Positions 19,058 to 28,836 of a stretch of 64,000 nt of DNA are shown here, piece by piece. Source of the DNA: Pedobacter sp. (GTDB taxonomy: Bacteria > Desulfobacterota > Desulfuromonadia > Desulfuromonadales > Syntrophotaleaceae); the NCBI GenBank assembly GCA_050253415.1, contig JBFWJC010000007.1:18668-82667 (forward strand), read 5' to 3'. Each line of letters opens with the position of its first letter. The first letter of the stretch is position 1. Below the pieces are notes generated by a model that saw only the letters and a list, made by a program, of their open reading frames with translations, ran no database searches and was not told the DNA's origin. The translations under genes were made by a program, and so were the position numbers.

Positions 19058-20119
19058 TTATTCAATTGTTTTTTCGTACATTCTGTAGAGTGGGAAAAAA
19101 TTTGGTTTATTCCCATATAGGCCGGTCTGCTTTTTCCAGGTTGTGCATAATAAGGAATACAGGTTTTGATTCAAAACCAGACGAAAGGTATGGAATGGGG
19201 TTAAACGGGAGGAAAAACCTGCCTTAAACGCGAATAAAGAATCGTTACGACCACCAACCCCCCCCCCAAGATGAAAATACCGTGCCCCTTGTACCCGCCC
19301 CCAAATACGCATAAAATCGAACATCATTTTGGAAGGAGCAAAGTCAAGGTAGTCGTCCCGACTGCCGCCAAGATGATACTCCAGAATACCGTCTACCACA
19401 GTGAACAATCCGGCAGCCGCAAGCTCGCCATTAGGGGAAAGAACACTGCACAGATGGAGGTCAGATTTGAGAACTTTACGCAAATCCTCAAAATAGCGTC
19501 CTTTGAAAAAATAAAACTCGTCGGCATCCACCCTCGCCATGGTTTGACGGTAGATGCGAACAAAATCGGGATAATACTCCCAGGCATCCAACACAGCATG
19601 AAATCCAGCCTTAAACAGTTTACGAATACCCCTGCGGTGATTATTACTTATCTCTCTGTATAATTCTTCCGGGGACCGTCGCAGATCGATACTCACTGTA
19701 TTTCCATGTTCGACAAGATTTCCCATACTGGACAGTGTCTGGAAAAGACCATCGAGCAGAGGATGCAAACGTAAAAACAAAGTAATAAACCCCTGATCGC
19801 GAACAACCTGGATGAATACCTCCATAAGCCTGCGGCACGCATCCGAACAATCCGGTCGAGAAAACAGTGGTGATGCATAGCCATAAGGACTTACAGCATC
19901 CCATAATTCGCCCTCGTGACACAAACCTTGCGGCACCCTGCGCAACAATAGAGGTACAAGCATGGCGTCTTCACCGTCACACTCATAAAATGCGACGGGC
20001 GTCCCTCCTTCGCAACGAGCTGCAAGAGCGACATAACCAGGCAAGTGATACACATCATGGCGAACTCCACGAAGAAAATCGGACCATCGATTATCCCCGG
20101 GATACAGAAACACCCCCAT
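19058..20119 (-). CDS. FemAB-family / GNAT-fold (Acetyltransf_6-like) protein
   Basis: ORF track 19058..20188 was trimmed to the ATG at 20119, which has the SD GGGAAAGG. Length is ~353 aa. The overall pattern (HLPGY..., NHRRGIRKL, LEYHLGGS, FKAGFS) is typical of FemAB-like/BioF2-like acyl(aminoacyl)transferases found in EPS loci. Confidence 0.6.
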   Translation of the reverse strand: MGVFLYPGDNRWSDFLRGVRHDVYHLPGYVALAARCEGGTPVAFYECDGEDAMLVPLLLRRVPQGLCHEGELWDAVSPYGYASPLFSRPDCSDACRRLMEVFIQVVRDQGFITLFLRLHPLLDGLFQTLSSMGNLVEHGNTVSIDLRRSPEELYREISNNHRRGIRKLFKAGFHAVLDAWEYYPDFVRIYRQTMARVDADEFYFFKGRYFEDLRKVLKSDLHLCSVLSPNGELAAAGLFTVVDGILEYHLGGSRDDYLDFAPSKMMFDFMRIWGRVQGARYFHLGGGVGGRNDSLFAFKAGFSSRLTPFHTFRLVLNQNLYSLLCTTWKKQTGLYGNKPNFFPLYRMYEKTIE

Positions 20120-20235
20120 TATAAAACCTTTCCCTGGTGCTACGGTTTGATCGTTTTCAGGAACCTGTAAAGCTATGAATACCCGCACAAATAAAGGCAG
20201 GACATCGCGACACCGGACAGGTCATTAATGAGTAA

Positions 20236-21351
20236 TCAAAGTCCCAAGTTTTCGAAAATCATGTTATTAACTTTGCACACATCGTATATTTGAACAGCCC
20301 TTTCTCTACCAGCGGCGCCCATTTCCTCCCGTTCCCGTCTGCTATCGATCAAACGTTTCATCGCAGCCACCAATGACTCCACATTACGCGGTGTCACCAG
20401 CAAACCGCTCCTGCCATCGACTACAGCCTCCCTGCAACCGGCGGTATTCGTGGTAATCACGGCTCGCCCCATAGCCATGGCTTCAAGCACCGTGCGCGGG
20501 ATACCCTCGCCACCATGAGTGGGTAGCACATACACCGAACAATCAGCTATCGCATGGCGAACATCTTTCAGTTTGCCAAGGTATTCCACGATACCCGCCC
20601 TATTGGCTTCGGCAAGATCGTCCTCCGAAATGTACGAAGTCCCCTTCCCAGTAAAACCAGCCAGGCGAAAGTGGACCATGGGATAATCAGGCCTCAACAA
20701 TTTTGCCGCTTCCAAATATTCGAAAACTCCTTTTTCCCTCACCAGACGTGCAATCATTAAAAAGGCGATCTGACCAGGGTAAGTCGCTGGAGAGAAATGC
20801 TTCACATTAACTCCAGAGCCAGGAATCACAACGGAATGAACATTCGATGGCAAAAGATTAAATTTGGTAAAAACTTTTAGGTCATCGTGATTCTGAAAAA
20901 AAACAACGTTGTTATGACGAATGGAGATTTTGTACAGATAAACAGCTAGTGTGCCCAAGGCTCTGGCCAAAAGCGTATTGCCGGAAAAGGTGTAACCAAG
21001 GCCGGTTATCATGGAAGAAATATAAGGTATTCCCGCAAGTCTGGCGGCAATAGATACGAAAATAACCGGCTTGATCGTGTAACTCAAAACAAGATCCGGT
21101 TGAATAGATAGAAACAAGCGAAAAAGCCGCCAAAGATAGATTAAATCCCTTAAGGGATTCAAGCCCCTTCGTTGCAGAGGAATATCGAAATAGACAACCC
21201 CCATGCCTTTAAGGAGGGCTGCTATATCTTTGGAGGCAGACGGGGCAACCGCACCGACTTTATGCCCCCTGCGTATCAAACCCTCGATCAAATCTCCTCG
21301 AAAGTTGATTAGGGAAAAGGCAGAACTGCCAATAAGAACCACATGCGCCAT
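20236..21351 (-). CDS. GT4-family glycosyltransferase (PglA/EpsD-like), copy 1
   Basis: 371 aa with the GT-B fold signature GGEGIPRTVLEAMAMGRAVITT. It is homologous along its full length to the low-GC copy at 27023..28132. Confidence 0.8.
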   Translation of the reverse strand: MAHVVLIGSSAFSLINFRGDLIEGLIRRGHKVGAVAPSASKDIAALLKGMGVVYFDIPLQRRGLNPLRDLIYLWRLFRLFLSIQPDLVLSYTIKPVIFVSIAARLAGIPYISSMITGLGYTFSGNTLLARALGTLAVYLYKISIRHNNVVFFQNHDDLKVFTKFNLLPSNVHSVVIPGSGVNVKHFSPATYPGQIAFLMIARLVREKGVFEYLEAAKLLRPDYPMVHFRLAGFTGKGTSYISEDDLAEANRAGIVEYLGKLKDVRHAIADCSVYVLPTHGGEGIPRTVLEAMAMGRAVITTNTAGCREAVVDGRSGLLVTPRNVESLVAAMKRLIDSRREREEMGAAGRERAVQIYDVCKVNNMIFENLGL

Positions 21352-21438
21352 AAAAGCCCCTCTCCATTATCCTGGATTAAACTTTACAACCAAAAGGTTC
21401 CCATTTTGCGTATAATAATCCAAGCTTCCCTCGGCGAA

Positions 21439-22548
21439 TCACCCTCCCCTTAATAGTTTCAAATAGGACCGGACCGCCTGCTCCTTTTGAAAACGGCCGA
21501 GATCAAGATCACTGGGATAACGCGCCTTTCCTTCAAGTACTCCAAGAATAACTTCGGTCAAGGCAGACAAGTCTCCCACGGGCACCAGTGGGCCGAGTTC
21601 CCCACCTTTGAGAACTTCAAAAGGGCCATTCGGGCAGTCCGTGGAAACCACCGGCATCCCAACAGCCATGGCTTCGATGAGCACCATGGACAACCCCTCC
21701 CATCGCGACGACAGGACAAACATGGCTGCATGTCGCATGTAAGCATAGGGATTAGATACAAAGCCTGGCAGAGCAATGCTGTCCTGAAGATCAAGGTCCA
21801 CAATAAGCTGCTCCAGAGCTGAACGCTCTTCCCCTTCCCCAAGGATAATTAAGCGAACAGGCAAGGATTCACGTACCCGTTTTACTGCTCGAATAAGCAA
21901 ACCATAATCCTTTTGCTCAGTTAAACGCCCAACCGACAGAAGGACTGGTGGCTCTCCACTTTTAAACCATGGGTGTTCCAGGGGCTCCGAAGCCCTGGTA
22001 AGCAATTCAGGAGTAATAGCCGGGTTATAAATTACCTCTATACGCTCGCGTGGAAACCCTGTAACTTTTGCAGCATCATCTGCCACTCCTTGAGATACGG
22101 CAACCACGGCTGAAGCTCTTCGGTAGGCCCCTTTCAGAATACGTGGAACCAACATGCGACGCCAAACAGGCAAGTCTTTCATTTTAATGGACATGGTATT
22201 ATGCAAAGTTGCCACTATACGGGTCGGTACTCGAGCCATCCTGCGAGCAACCAGGGCGGCCACATTGGTATGATCCATAGACGAGATCAACCCCATGGGA
22301 CTCTTGTGGCCCAGGTAAGATTTGAGCCCCCCAATGGCGTATCGTATCCGCGAGGCCTGAAGGTCAATCACCGATACGCCTGGAGGAACGTGCTGGAGAT
22401 AAGGACCTTCCTTTTGCGCCAACACCAAATCAACCTTTAACCCCTCTTCAAGAAAACCCTCGGCGAGATTGAGCATGGCACGTTCTGCGCCACCACCACG
22501 CAAAGAAGGCAGGAACACCGCGACGAGTTCGGCTTTGGCATTCATCAT
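21439..22548 (-). CDS. GT4-family glycosyltransferase
   Basis: 369 aa. Motifs: SLRGGGAERAMLNLA near the N-terminus and SRWEGLSMVLIEAMAVGMPVVSTD (the E-x7-E region). Confidence 0.8.
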   Translation of the reverse strand: MMNAKAELVAVFLPSLRGGGAERAMLNLAEGFLEEGLKVDLVLAQKEGPYLQHVPPGVSVIDLQASRIRYAIGGLKSYLGHKSPMGLISSMDHTNVAALVARRMARVPTRIVATLHNTMSIKMKDLPVWRRMLVPRILKGAYRRASAVVAVSQGVADDAAKVTGFPRERIEVIYNPAITPELLTRASEPLEHPWFKSGEPPVLLSVGRLTEQKDYGLLIRAVKRVRESLPVRLIILGEGEERSALEQLIVDLDLQDSIALPGFVSNPYAYMRHAAMFVLSSRWEGLSMVLIEAMAVGMPVVSTDCPNGPFEVLKGGELGPLVPVGDLSALTEVILGVLEGKARYPSDLDLGRFQKEQAVRSYLKLLRGG

Positions 22549-22613
22549 ATGGCTTCCTTTCTATCTATGAATGGGGCTGAAGAGATCCCATCTCATGAGA
22601 AAATTGCTGCAAC

Positions 22614-22633
22614 TTAATTACTTAAGTAATTAA
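22614..22633. promoter_or_regulatory. perfect 20-bp palindrome, candidate operator
   Basis: TTAATTACTTAAGTAATTAA equals its own reverse complement. It lies in the 252-bp gap between wzx and the next GT4 gene, about 65 nt upstream of the ATG at 22548. Confidence 0.35.
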
Positions 22634-22800
22634 CGGAAAACAAACAGCCCCTTTAGTATATGCCACCATAAATAAGGAGATATCTAAGAACAGAACATAT
22701 CAACCCCAACTTCACGAGCCTCACATCCATTGTATCATCGTACTATTCTTCTACAGATATTTGTCGGTTACCATTTGAACGTGGAATTTTTTTGACACCA

Positions 22801-24228
22801 TCAAAGATTCTCCCTTCCCTTACAGAGGAGCATTAATTTTCCGCGGGTATTCGCTACATTTAAAACAACCACCATGATGGCATATACAACAGCGCTCATT
22901 ATGATCTGCGCGGAAAACCCTAATAGCCCGGTGACACCACGCAAAGGCCATAAAAAAAGGGCCATACAAAAAGAGGCAATCAATATTTTGAGCATTTCTA
23001 AAAGAGGCAACGGCAGGGGGAAATATTTCCTACCTGCGATGGCACTAAGAATCATAGAGGAGACATATGCCAAAACCGTGGCATATGCGGCACCGACAAT
23101 TCCAAAAACAGGAATAAACAGAATGTTCAAGATGACGTTTAATAGTGCAGCAAACCCAATGACAAACACCTGTACAAGAGTATGTCGCCCCAGTTGAAAA
23201 GCGAGATCGAAATAATATGCTCTAATCCCTGAAATCAAGGAAGCCACTGCAACCCATGGAATAAGAGGGATGGCCTGACTGCGAAAAGCCTCCCCTAAAA
23301 AAAGGCCTCCTATGTTAGGCGCAAGAATCACCGCACCTACAGAAGCTGGCAAAGCTACCGAGAACAGCAAAACAGCATTTTGTCTTAACTGCCCACGAGC
23401 GGCCTCGACACCATTCTGCTCAAATGCGCGCACCGCTAATGGATAAGCAGCCAGATTCACGAACATCATTAAGGTAATAAGTGGATGACGAGTAATATCG
23501 TATCCTGCGGCATAAACACCCGTGGCCTTATCATCAATGAGCCAGGCAATAAGAAAACGATCCGAACTGCCGACCACAAAGCTTAATGCGAAAGCGGCGG
23601 TAAGCGGTAGCCCATAACGTAGCAATTCTTTCATCAGGAAATCGGTATTGCTTGGGAAAACCCCTCGCCACTCTTTCCTTGGAACCCACACGCCGGCTAC
23701 AAGCAAACCAATCAGGATACCCAACAAGGGTCCGTAAACACCAAATCCCAAAAACAGGAAAAGAACACCGAAACAAAGCGCCAGAGAAGCCCTGGTACCT
23801 GATAGCAAGCCGTACCGAGCGGGATTGAGCTTGCTACGCACAAGCTCCAGATTTAATTCGAACCACGCCTGGGCCCAAAGCAAAGGTACCGCAACTCCTA
23901 TCAAACCACGCCACGTGGGATCAGGCCACAGTAATGCCAGTAAAAGCCCGATGCTTCCGGTTGTGATTACCAACAAACTGAATCCTGCGAGGATTGAAGA
24001 CAGAAAACCTTTAGGGTTGCCTTGATGGGAGGGTAAAAAACGTAATAGAGAGAGGCGAAGCCATTGGAAAAAAATAACATTAAATAAACCGACACCGGCA
24101 ATGACTAAAGCATACCTTCCATAGCTATCCGGCGACAATAAGCGCGTATAAACGGCAATGGCCACAAAATTCAAGGCCCCTGGGAGTCCCCTGCAAACGG
24201 CATAAGCCGCGGTATGACGAAGAAGCAT
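22801..24228 (-). CDS. Wzx-type oligosaccharide flippase (MOP/polysaccharide biosynthesis protein family)
   Basis: 475 aa with ~12-14 hydrophobic spans. The N-terminus (LNFVAIAVYTRLLSPDSYGRYALVIAG) is typical of this family. Confidence 0.75.
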   Translation of the reverse strand: MLLRHTAAYAVCRGLPGALNFVAIAVYTRLLSPDSYGRYALVIAGVGLFNVIFFQWLRLSLLRFLPSHQGNPKGFLSSILAGFSLLVITTGSIGLLLALLWPDPTWRGLIGVAVPLLWAQAWFELNLELVRSKLNPARYGLLSGTRASLALCFGVLFLFLGFGVYGPLLGILIGLLVAGVWVPRKEWRGVFPSNTDFLMKELLRYGLPLTAAFALSFVVGSSDRFLIAWLIDDKATGVYAAGYDITRHPLITLMMFVNLAAYPLAVRAFEQNGVEAARGQLRQNAVLLFSVALPASVGAVILAPNIGGLFLGEAFRSQAIPLIPWVAVASLISGIRAYYFDLAFQLGRHTLVQVFVIGFAALLNVILNILFIPVFGIVGAAYATVLAYVSSMILSAIAGRKYFPLPLPLLEMLKILIASFCMALFLWPLRGVTGLLGFSAQIIMSAVVYAIMVVVLNVANTRGKLMLLCKGRENL

Positions 24229-24360
24229 AAAGCCCCCGGCAAGGCAAGAGGATATCCCCCCGCATCATCAGACGAATAATAGAACCACCAGTGCGACTGC
24301 TTCGCTAAAGTTTTCAACATTCGGAGGCGGCCATTTTAGCCTCTCGAAATAATCTGCATA

Positions 24361-25545
24361 CTATTTTAGAATATCCTTTATTGATGAGCAGATAAACTCC
24401 AGTTCTTTCTCGTTAAGAGACGGATAAATGGGCAGAGAAACACAACCTCGCCAGATTTTTTCCGCATTCGGAAAATCATCTGGATCCAGCGAGTAACGAT
24501 TTTGGTAATAGGACATCCTGTGCAACGGTTTATAATGAACCGAGGTACCAATGCCCCTGGTTGCCATCTGTTCGATAAAATCTTTTCTATGAACCAATGA
24601 TTCATCCTTCAAAATAATGGGGAACAGATGCCAGGCATGACTTTCATAATTTCCCATAATTACAGGGAGATCGACACTTTCAAGGCTCTGCAATTTATCA
24701 AAATAGAAACGTGCGCATCGCTCTCTGTTCTGGCGTAACAGATATGCCCGCTCCAGTTGCGCCAATCCGATGGCGGCATTAATATCGGGCATATTGTACT
24801 TAAACCCTGGCGCAAGAACGTCATATTCCCAAGATGGATTTTCCGAAGTATAGCGATTCCAGATATCGCGGTCGATGCCATGCAGGCGCATAAGTCTCAT
24901 CCGGTCGGCAAGACCAGGATCATTGGTTGTAACCATGCCGCCCTCACCGGTTGTAATGGGCTTATTGGCATAAAAGCTGAAACAGGTTATATCGCCGATA
25001 CTACCAACCATCTTTTCCTTTTGCTGTGCAGGAAAAGCGTGGGCGGCATCTTCAATGACCCGAATGCCATTTTCCCGACAAATGTCAATAAGGCCAGGAC
25101 CGTGTTCCCCGATCATGTCGGCAACCTGTCCTCCAAAATGGACCACAATCAAGGCCCTTGCTCCTGGATAGTCCGCAATCGCTTTTTTCAATATGGCCGC
25201 GGTAATCAAACTAGTTCCATATTCCACATCAAGAAAGATCGGATCGGCGCCCAGATATCTCACAACCTCAGCTGTTGCGGTAAACGTCATGGTTGGAACG
25301 AAAATTTTATCGCCAGGGCCAATTCCTAAAGATTCCAAGGCCAGATGTAATGCTGCCGTACAAGAATTGACTGCGCAGGCGAATTCGGCGTTAACGATAG
25401 CAGCGAACTTTTCCTCAAATAGCGCACACTTCCCGGCAGTCGTTAACCAACCGCTTTCCAGAACCTCCCGGATGAGCTCAAGCTCCTGGCCGTCACAAAT
25501 AACGCGCGAATAAGGTATTTGGATGGAATTTTCGGAATCATTCAT
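24361..25545 (-). CDS. DegT/DnrJ/EryC1/StrS-family sugar aminotransferase, copy 2
   Basis: ORF track 24361..25704. I place the start at the ATG at 25545 (MNDSENSIQIPYSRVICDGQELELIREVLESGWLTTAGK). An in-frame alternative ATG at 25590 was created by a 45-bp tandem duplication. The PLP-lysine region is FSFYANKPITTGEGGMVTTND. Confidence 0.8.
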   Translation of the reverse strand: MNDSENSIQIPYSRVICDGQELELIREVLESGWLTTAGKCALFEEKFAAIVNAEFACAVNSCTAALHLALESLGIGPGDKIFVPTMTFTATAEVVRYLGADPIFLDVEYGTSLITAAILKKAIADYPGARALIVVHFGGQVADMIGEHGPGLIDICRENGIRVIEDAAHAFPAQQKEKMVGSIGDITCFSFYANKPITTGEGGMVTTNDPGLADRMRLMRLHGIDRDIWNRYTSENPSWEYDVLAPGFKYNMPDINAAIGLAQLERAYLLRQNRERCARFYFDKLQSLESVDLPVIMGNYESHAWHLFPIILKDESLVHRKDFIEQMATRGIGTSVHYKPLHRMSYYQNRYSLDPDDFPNAEKIWRGCVSLPIYPSLNEKELEFICSSIKDILK

Positions 25546-25630
25546 AGTTGCTGAGATACTCCTTGTATGGGATGCACAAGTAACATTCATAGTTGCGGAG
25601 ATACTCCTAGTATGGGATTTACTCAGTAAC
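25539..25630. repeat. 45-bp tandem duplication (2 copies) spanning the 5' end of the aminotransferase gene
   Basis: CATTCATAGTTGCTGAGATACTCCTTGTATGGGA (25539-25572) recurs at 25584-25617 with 2 mismatches, and both units end in AGTAAC. In protein terms SHTRSISATMN appears twice. Confidence 0.85.
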
Positions 25631-25639
25631 GTGCTATTT

Positions 25640-26803
25640 TCAGCTGTTAGATTCCATTTTCGGACAAAGGATATCGGAATATATTTTTTCGTACTGCCTA
25701 ACAATTTTATCGAGCGAGAACCTGTCCTGTATCCGTTGTCGACCGAGGGCGCCTAATGTGGCACGACCATTCTGCCCAAGATCGATCAACTCCTGCCAGG
25801 CACGGCACAATTCCTCAGGCTGTCCTGGGGATACAATCCTACCGGTTTCCCCCACTATATAAGCCGAATCTCCGACATCCGTCACCACAACAGGCACACC
25901 ACACGCCATCGCCTCCCCGATCGTATTGGAGAAGGCTTCTCCACAACGTGAAGAGGAAGTAGCGATATCAAAAGCTGCCGTAATTGCTGGGATATCCTTA
26001 CGCAGACCAAGCAAATGTACAGAGCCGTCAAGATTCTTACCATTTATAGAACGAAGAAGATCAGGATTTTCATGAGCAATATCATAACCACAAAGAACAA
26101 AATGGACACGAGGATAGAGTCGTTTAAGCAGTTCCGCAGCTTTAAAAAAGGTAGCGTGGTCTTTTTGAAGATGGTATCTAGCCACTAACCCGATAACGAT
26201 TGAATCGTCAGGAATGGATAATTCCGCCCTAATTTGACTTTTGGCGTGGGAGTCGGGGGAAAATTGAGTCAAATCAAAACCATTAGGGATGACAACAATC
26301 TTCTTAGGGTCATAGCCCAGATTTACATGAATGTTTTTAGCCTTTTCCGCACAACAGATGATTTTATGAGGCAATACGGATGAAATAAGACTACATACCT
26401 CGGCCGTCCAGACAGTTGTTTTTTTATCAACCTGAGGATCGAGATTACTATGACGGATATTCCATACAACCGGAATGTTTCCCGCCAGTTTAGCTGCTAA
26501 TCCGCCAGCAAGATCAGCATGATACATCCACGTCTGGACCAGTTGAGTTTTATCCTTCCTAAAGATGCGTATCAATTTAAAAAGACCTCTTGGATCAGGT
26601 ATTCCAGGCTTCAACCCGAGAATAGTTACAGGTATCCCGATCCTCTCAAATTTTTCACATAGAGTAGTGTAAGAAAGCAAGGAGGTGACTTTAGGTGAGA
26701 AAACATCCCGATTGATATTAGACAACAACTTCAATAGCATCATTTCGGCGCCATTGGAGCCCAAACCGGTAATAACAAAATTAATACGTAGTTTTTTTTT
26801 CAT
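25640..26803 (-). CDS. GT4-family glycosyltransferase
   Basis: 387 aa. Motifs: GSNGAEMMLLKLL near the N-terminus and SSRCGEAFSNTIGEAMACGVPVVVTDVGD. GC is intermediate (~40% in sampled lines). Confidence 0.8.
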   Translation of the reverse strand: MKKKLRINFVITGLGSNGAEMMLLKLLSNINRDVFSPKVTSLLSYTTLCEKFERIGIPVTILGLKPGIPDPRGLFKLIRIFRKDKTQLVQTWMYHADLAGGLAAKLAGNIPVVWNIRHSNLDPQVDKKTTVWTAEVCSLISSVLPHKIICCAEKAKNIHVNLGYDPKKIVVIPNGFDLTQFSPDSHAKSQIRAELSIPDDSIVIGLVARYHLQKDHATFFKAAELLKRLYPRVHFVLCGYDIAHENPDLLRSINGKNLDGSVHLLGLRKDIPAITAAFDIATSSSRCGEAFSNTIGEAMACGVPVVVTDVGDSAYIVGETGRIVSPGQPEELCRAWQELIDLGQNGRATLGALGRQRIQDRFSLDKIVRQYEKIYSDILCPKMESNS

Positions 26804-26983
26804 AAAGGCCTACAATTTCATCCTGAGTTTGATTCATAAGAACAGCTTAGTACGGGCGACCTAAGTTAGAAGGACGGGAAAGAATTTTTTCATCATCCTA
26901 TCGTGTCATCTTATTGAATCAAGGGCACAACCAACAAAAACTCTTTTGTGTGTTGAGTCAATTTTTTGAAAAAAAGGGTGTTT

Positions 26984-27011
26984 AAAAAATCGTTTAAAAT
27001 AGAATAACGAT
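26984..27011 (-). terminator. weak candidate terminator after the low-GC cassette
   Basis: On the minus strand ATCGTT-N11-AACGAT is followed by TTTTTT, 12 nt after the stop at 27023. The stem is only 6 bp. Confidence 0.3.
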
Positions 27012-27022
27012 CATATAGATAA

Positions 27023-28132
27023 TTAAATACCCATCAAATCGGTCATTATTTTATTGACGACATTTACATCAAATTTTTTTTCACAGTATTTTCTACTTTC
27101 ATGCCCCATTATTTTGGCTTTTTCAGGATTCTCAATCATCCAACACATTTTCTCGGCTAAAATTTCTGCGTCTTTAGGCGGGACCAAAAATCCATTTATA
27201 TAATTGTTAACAGTTTCCTTACATCCAGGAGTGTCAGTAGTAATAATGGGCCTACCAGTAGCCATGGCTTCTAAAATAGTTCTTGGAACTCCCTCTCCAT
27301 AGAAACTAGGCAAAACATAACATGTACACAAATTATAATATTTGTGAACATTTTGGCTTACACCTTTATATTCAATAGTACCCTGTTTTATATATTTTTC
27401 TAAGTCCTTTTCTTTCATAGCACTAATAGCTTCATCAAAGGGACCTAACAATAAGAATCTTGCTTCAGAAAATTTCCTTTTTACGATTATAGCAGCATCA
27501 ATATATTCTTTTATTCCCTTCGCCCAAATTAACCTGGAAACTAATAAAAAAACGGGGTGTGATGGCATGTCAACTTCTGAAAATTTTTCCAGATTAACAC
27601 CCGATCCATTCACAACCTTACACTTACAATCATTTATAAGTTTCAATCTACTAAACAAGGCAAAATCATCATAATTTTGAAAAAATATGATATTGCATCG
27701 TTTAAAGACAATTTTCATTAGGGGAAATATGATTGTTTTAACGACACTTGATTTCGCACCTCTCATTTGAAATAAAGCCCCCCTACCATTTATAATAGGG
27801 AATATTTTCTTCACCCCGGCAAGGGTCGCAGCCATACTTCCATAAAATGCCATTTTTATTCCATATGTGATAATCAAATCAGGTGATTCACGTTTAAAGT
27901 TATCTTTTAGCTCTAAAATCAATTTTAATTCGGAAAAAGGATTCATGCCAATTCTGTCTAATTTTACTCCAAGGTATCTAACTCCCAGAGAAGCAAAATT
28001 ATTTACACATTCAGTTTCATGCCTTGGTCCAATAAAGACGAGATCGTGCCCTTTGCTTTTAATAAGATCTATCAACTCTTCTCTAGAAACATGCATTCGC
28101 TTGGCACTAACGCTTAATATCGCTATTTTCAC
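27023..28132 (-). CDS. GT4-family glycosyltransferase (PglA/EpsD-like), copy 2, low GC
   Basis: 369 aa, colinear with the 20236..21351 product (for example FFQNYDD vs FFQNHDD, GSGVNLEKF vs GSGVNVKHF, YGEGVPRTILEAMATGRPIITTDTPGC vs GGEGIPRTVLEAMAMGRAVITTNTAGC). Confidence 0.8.
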   Translation of the reverse strand: MKIAILSVSAKRMHVSREELIDLIKSKGHDLVFIGPRHETECVNNFASLGVRYLGVKLDRIGMNPFSELKLILELKDNFKRESPDLIITYGIKMAFYGSMAATLAGVKKIFPIINGRGALFQMRGAKSSVVKTIIFPLMKIVFKRCNIIFFQNYDDFALFSRLKLINDCKCKVVNGSGVNLEKFSEVDMPSHPVFLLVSRLIWAKGIKEYIDAAIIVKRKFSEARFLLLGPFDEAISAMKEKDLEKYIKQGTIEYKGVSQNVHKYYNLCTCYVLPSFYGEGVPRTILEAMATGRPIITTDTPGCKETVNNYINGFLVPPKDAEILAEKMCWMIENPEKAKIMGHESRKYCEKKFDVNVVNKIMTDLMGI

Positions 28133-28712
28133 GATACAAATCCTCTCGCCTGAATACTTTATAAAATGTCAAAAATATAATTTTTACATCAAGCATCATT
28201 GTTAAATTATCAACGTAAAACAGATCATTTTTTTGTCTTTCTTCAATGGTACAATTATTTCTAAAATACACCTGGGTATACCCTGTTACCCCGGGTCTAA
28301 CAGAAAACTTTCTTAAATAATCTTTTGAATATAAGTGTTCGTTTCCTGTTGGACTTGGTCTTGGACCTACAAAACTCATTTCCCCTTTTAGTACATTAAT
28401 AATCTGAGGTATTTCGTCAATACTTGACTCTCTAATATATTTTCCAATCTTTGTGACTCTATGATCGTCTTTGGCATTATATGTACTTCCATCTTTATTT
28501 CGAATATCCTTCGAATTAATTTTCATAGAACGGAATTTATACATTTTAAATTTTTTTTGATTTTTACCAAGACGTTCTCCTGCAAAAATAACACTTCCAC
28601 CATCTTCCAATTTAATGCCAATACCTACTATTAAATACAGGAAAACAAATATTGGTAATAACAATATAGACAGCAAAATATCAAAAAATCTTTTGAGGTA
28701 TTTACTATACAT
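28107..28712 (-). CDS. small bacterial sugar transferase, initiating phosphoglycosyltransferase (PglC type), copy 2, low GC
   Basis: 201 aa. Motifs: KRFFDILLSILLLPIFVFLYLIV, YKFRSM, DEIPQIINVLKGEMSFVGPRP. It overlaps the downstream GT4 gene by 26 nt. Confidence 0.85.
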   Translation of the reverse strand: MYSKYLKRFFDILLSILLLPIFVFLYLIVGIGIKLEDGGSVIFAGERLGKNQKKFKMYKFRSMKINSKDIRNKDGSTYNAKDDHRVTKIGKYIRESSIDEIPQIINVLKGEMSFVGPRPSPTGNEHLYSKDYLRKFSVRPGVTGYTQVYFRNNCTIEERQKNDLFYVDNLTMMLDVKIIFLTFYKVFRREDLYRENSDIKR

Positions 28713-28836
28713 AACAACACCCTAATCGATACTCAACCGTGTAATTAACTAAATACAATTTTTTTAACTCGGAAACAATATTTGTAAATATATGTTAGTG
28801 GTAGACGGCGTCTGGCTATTATCAAAGGATCTTACC

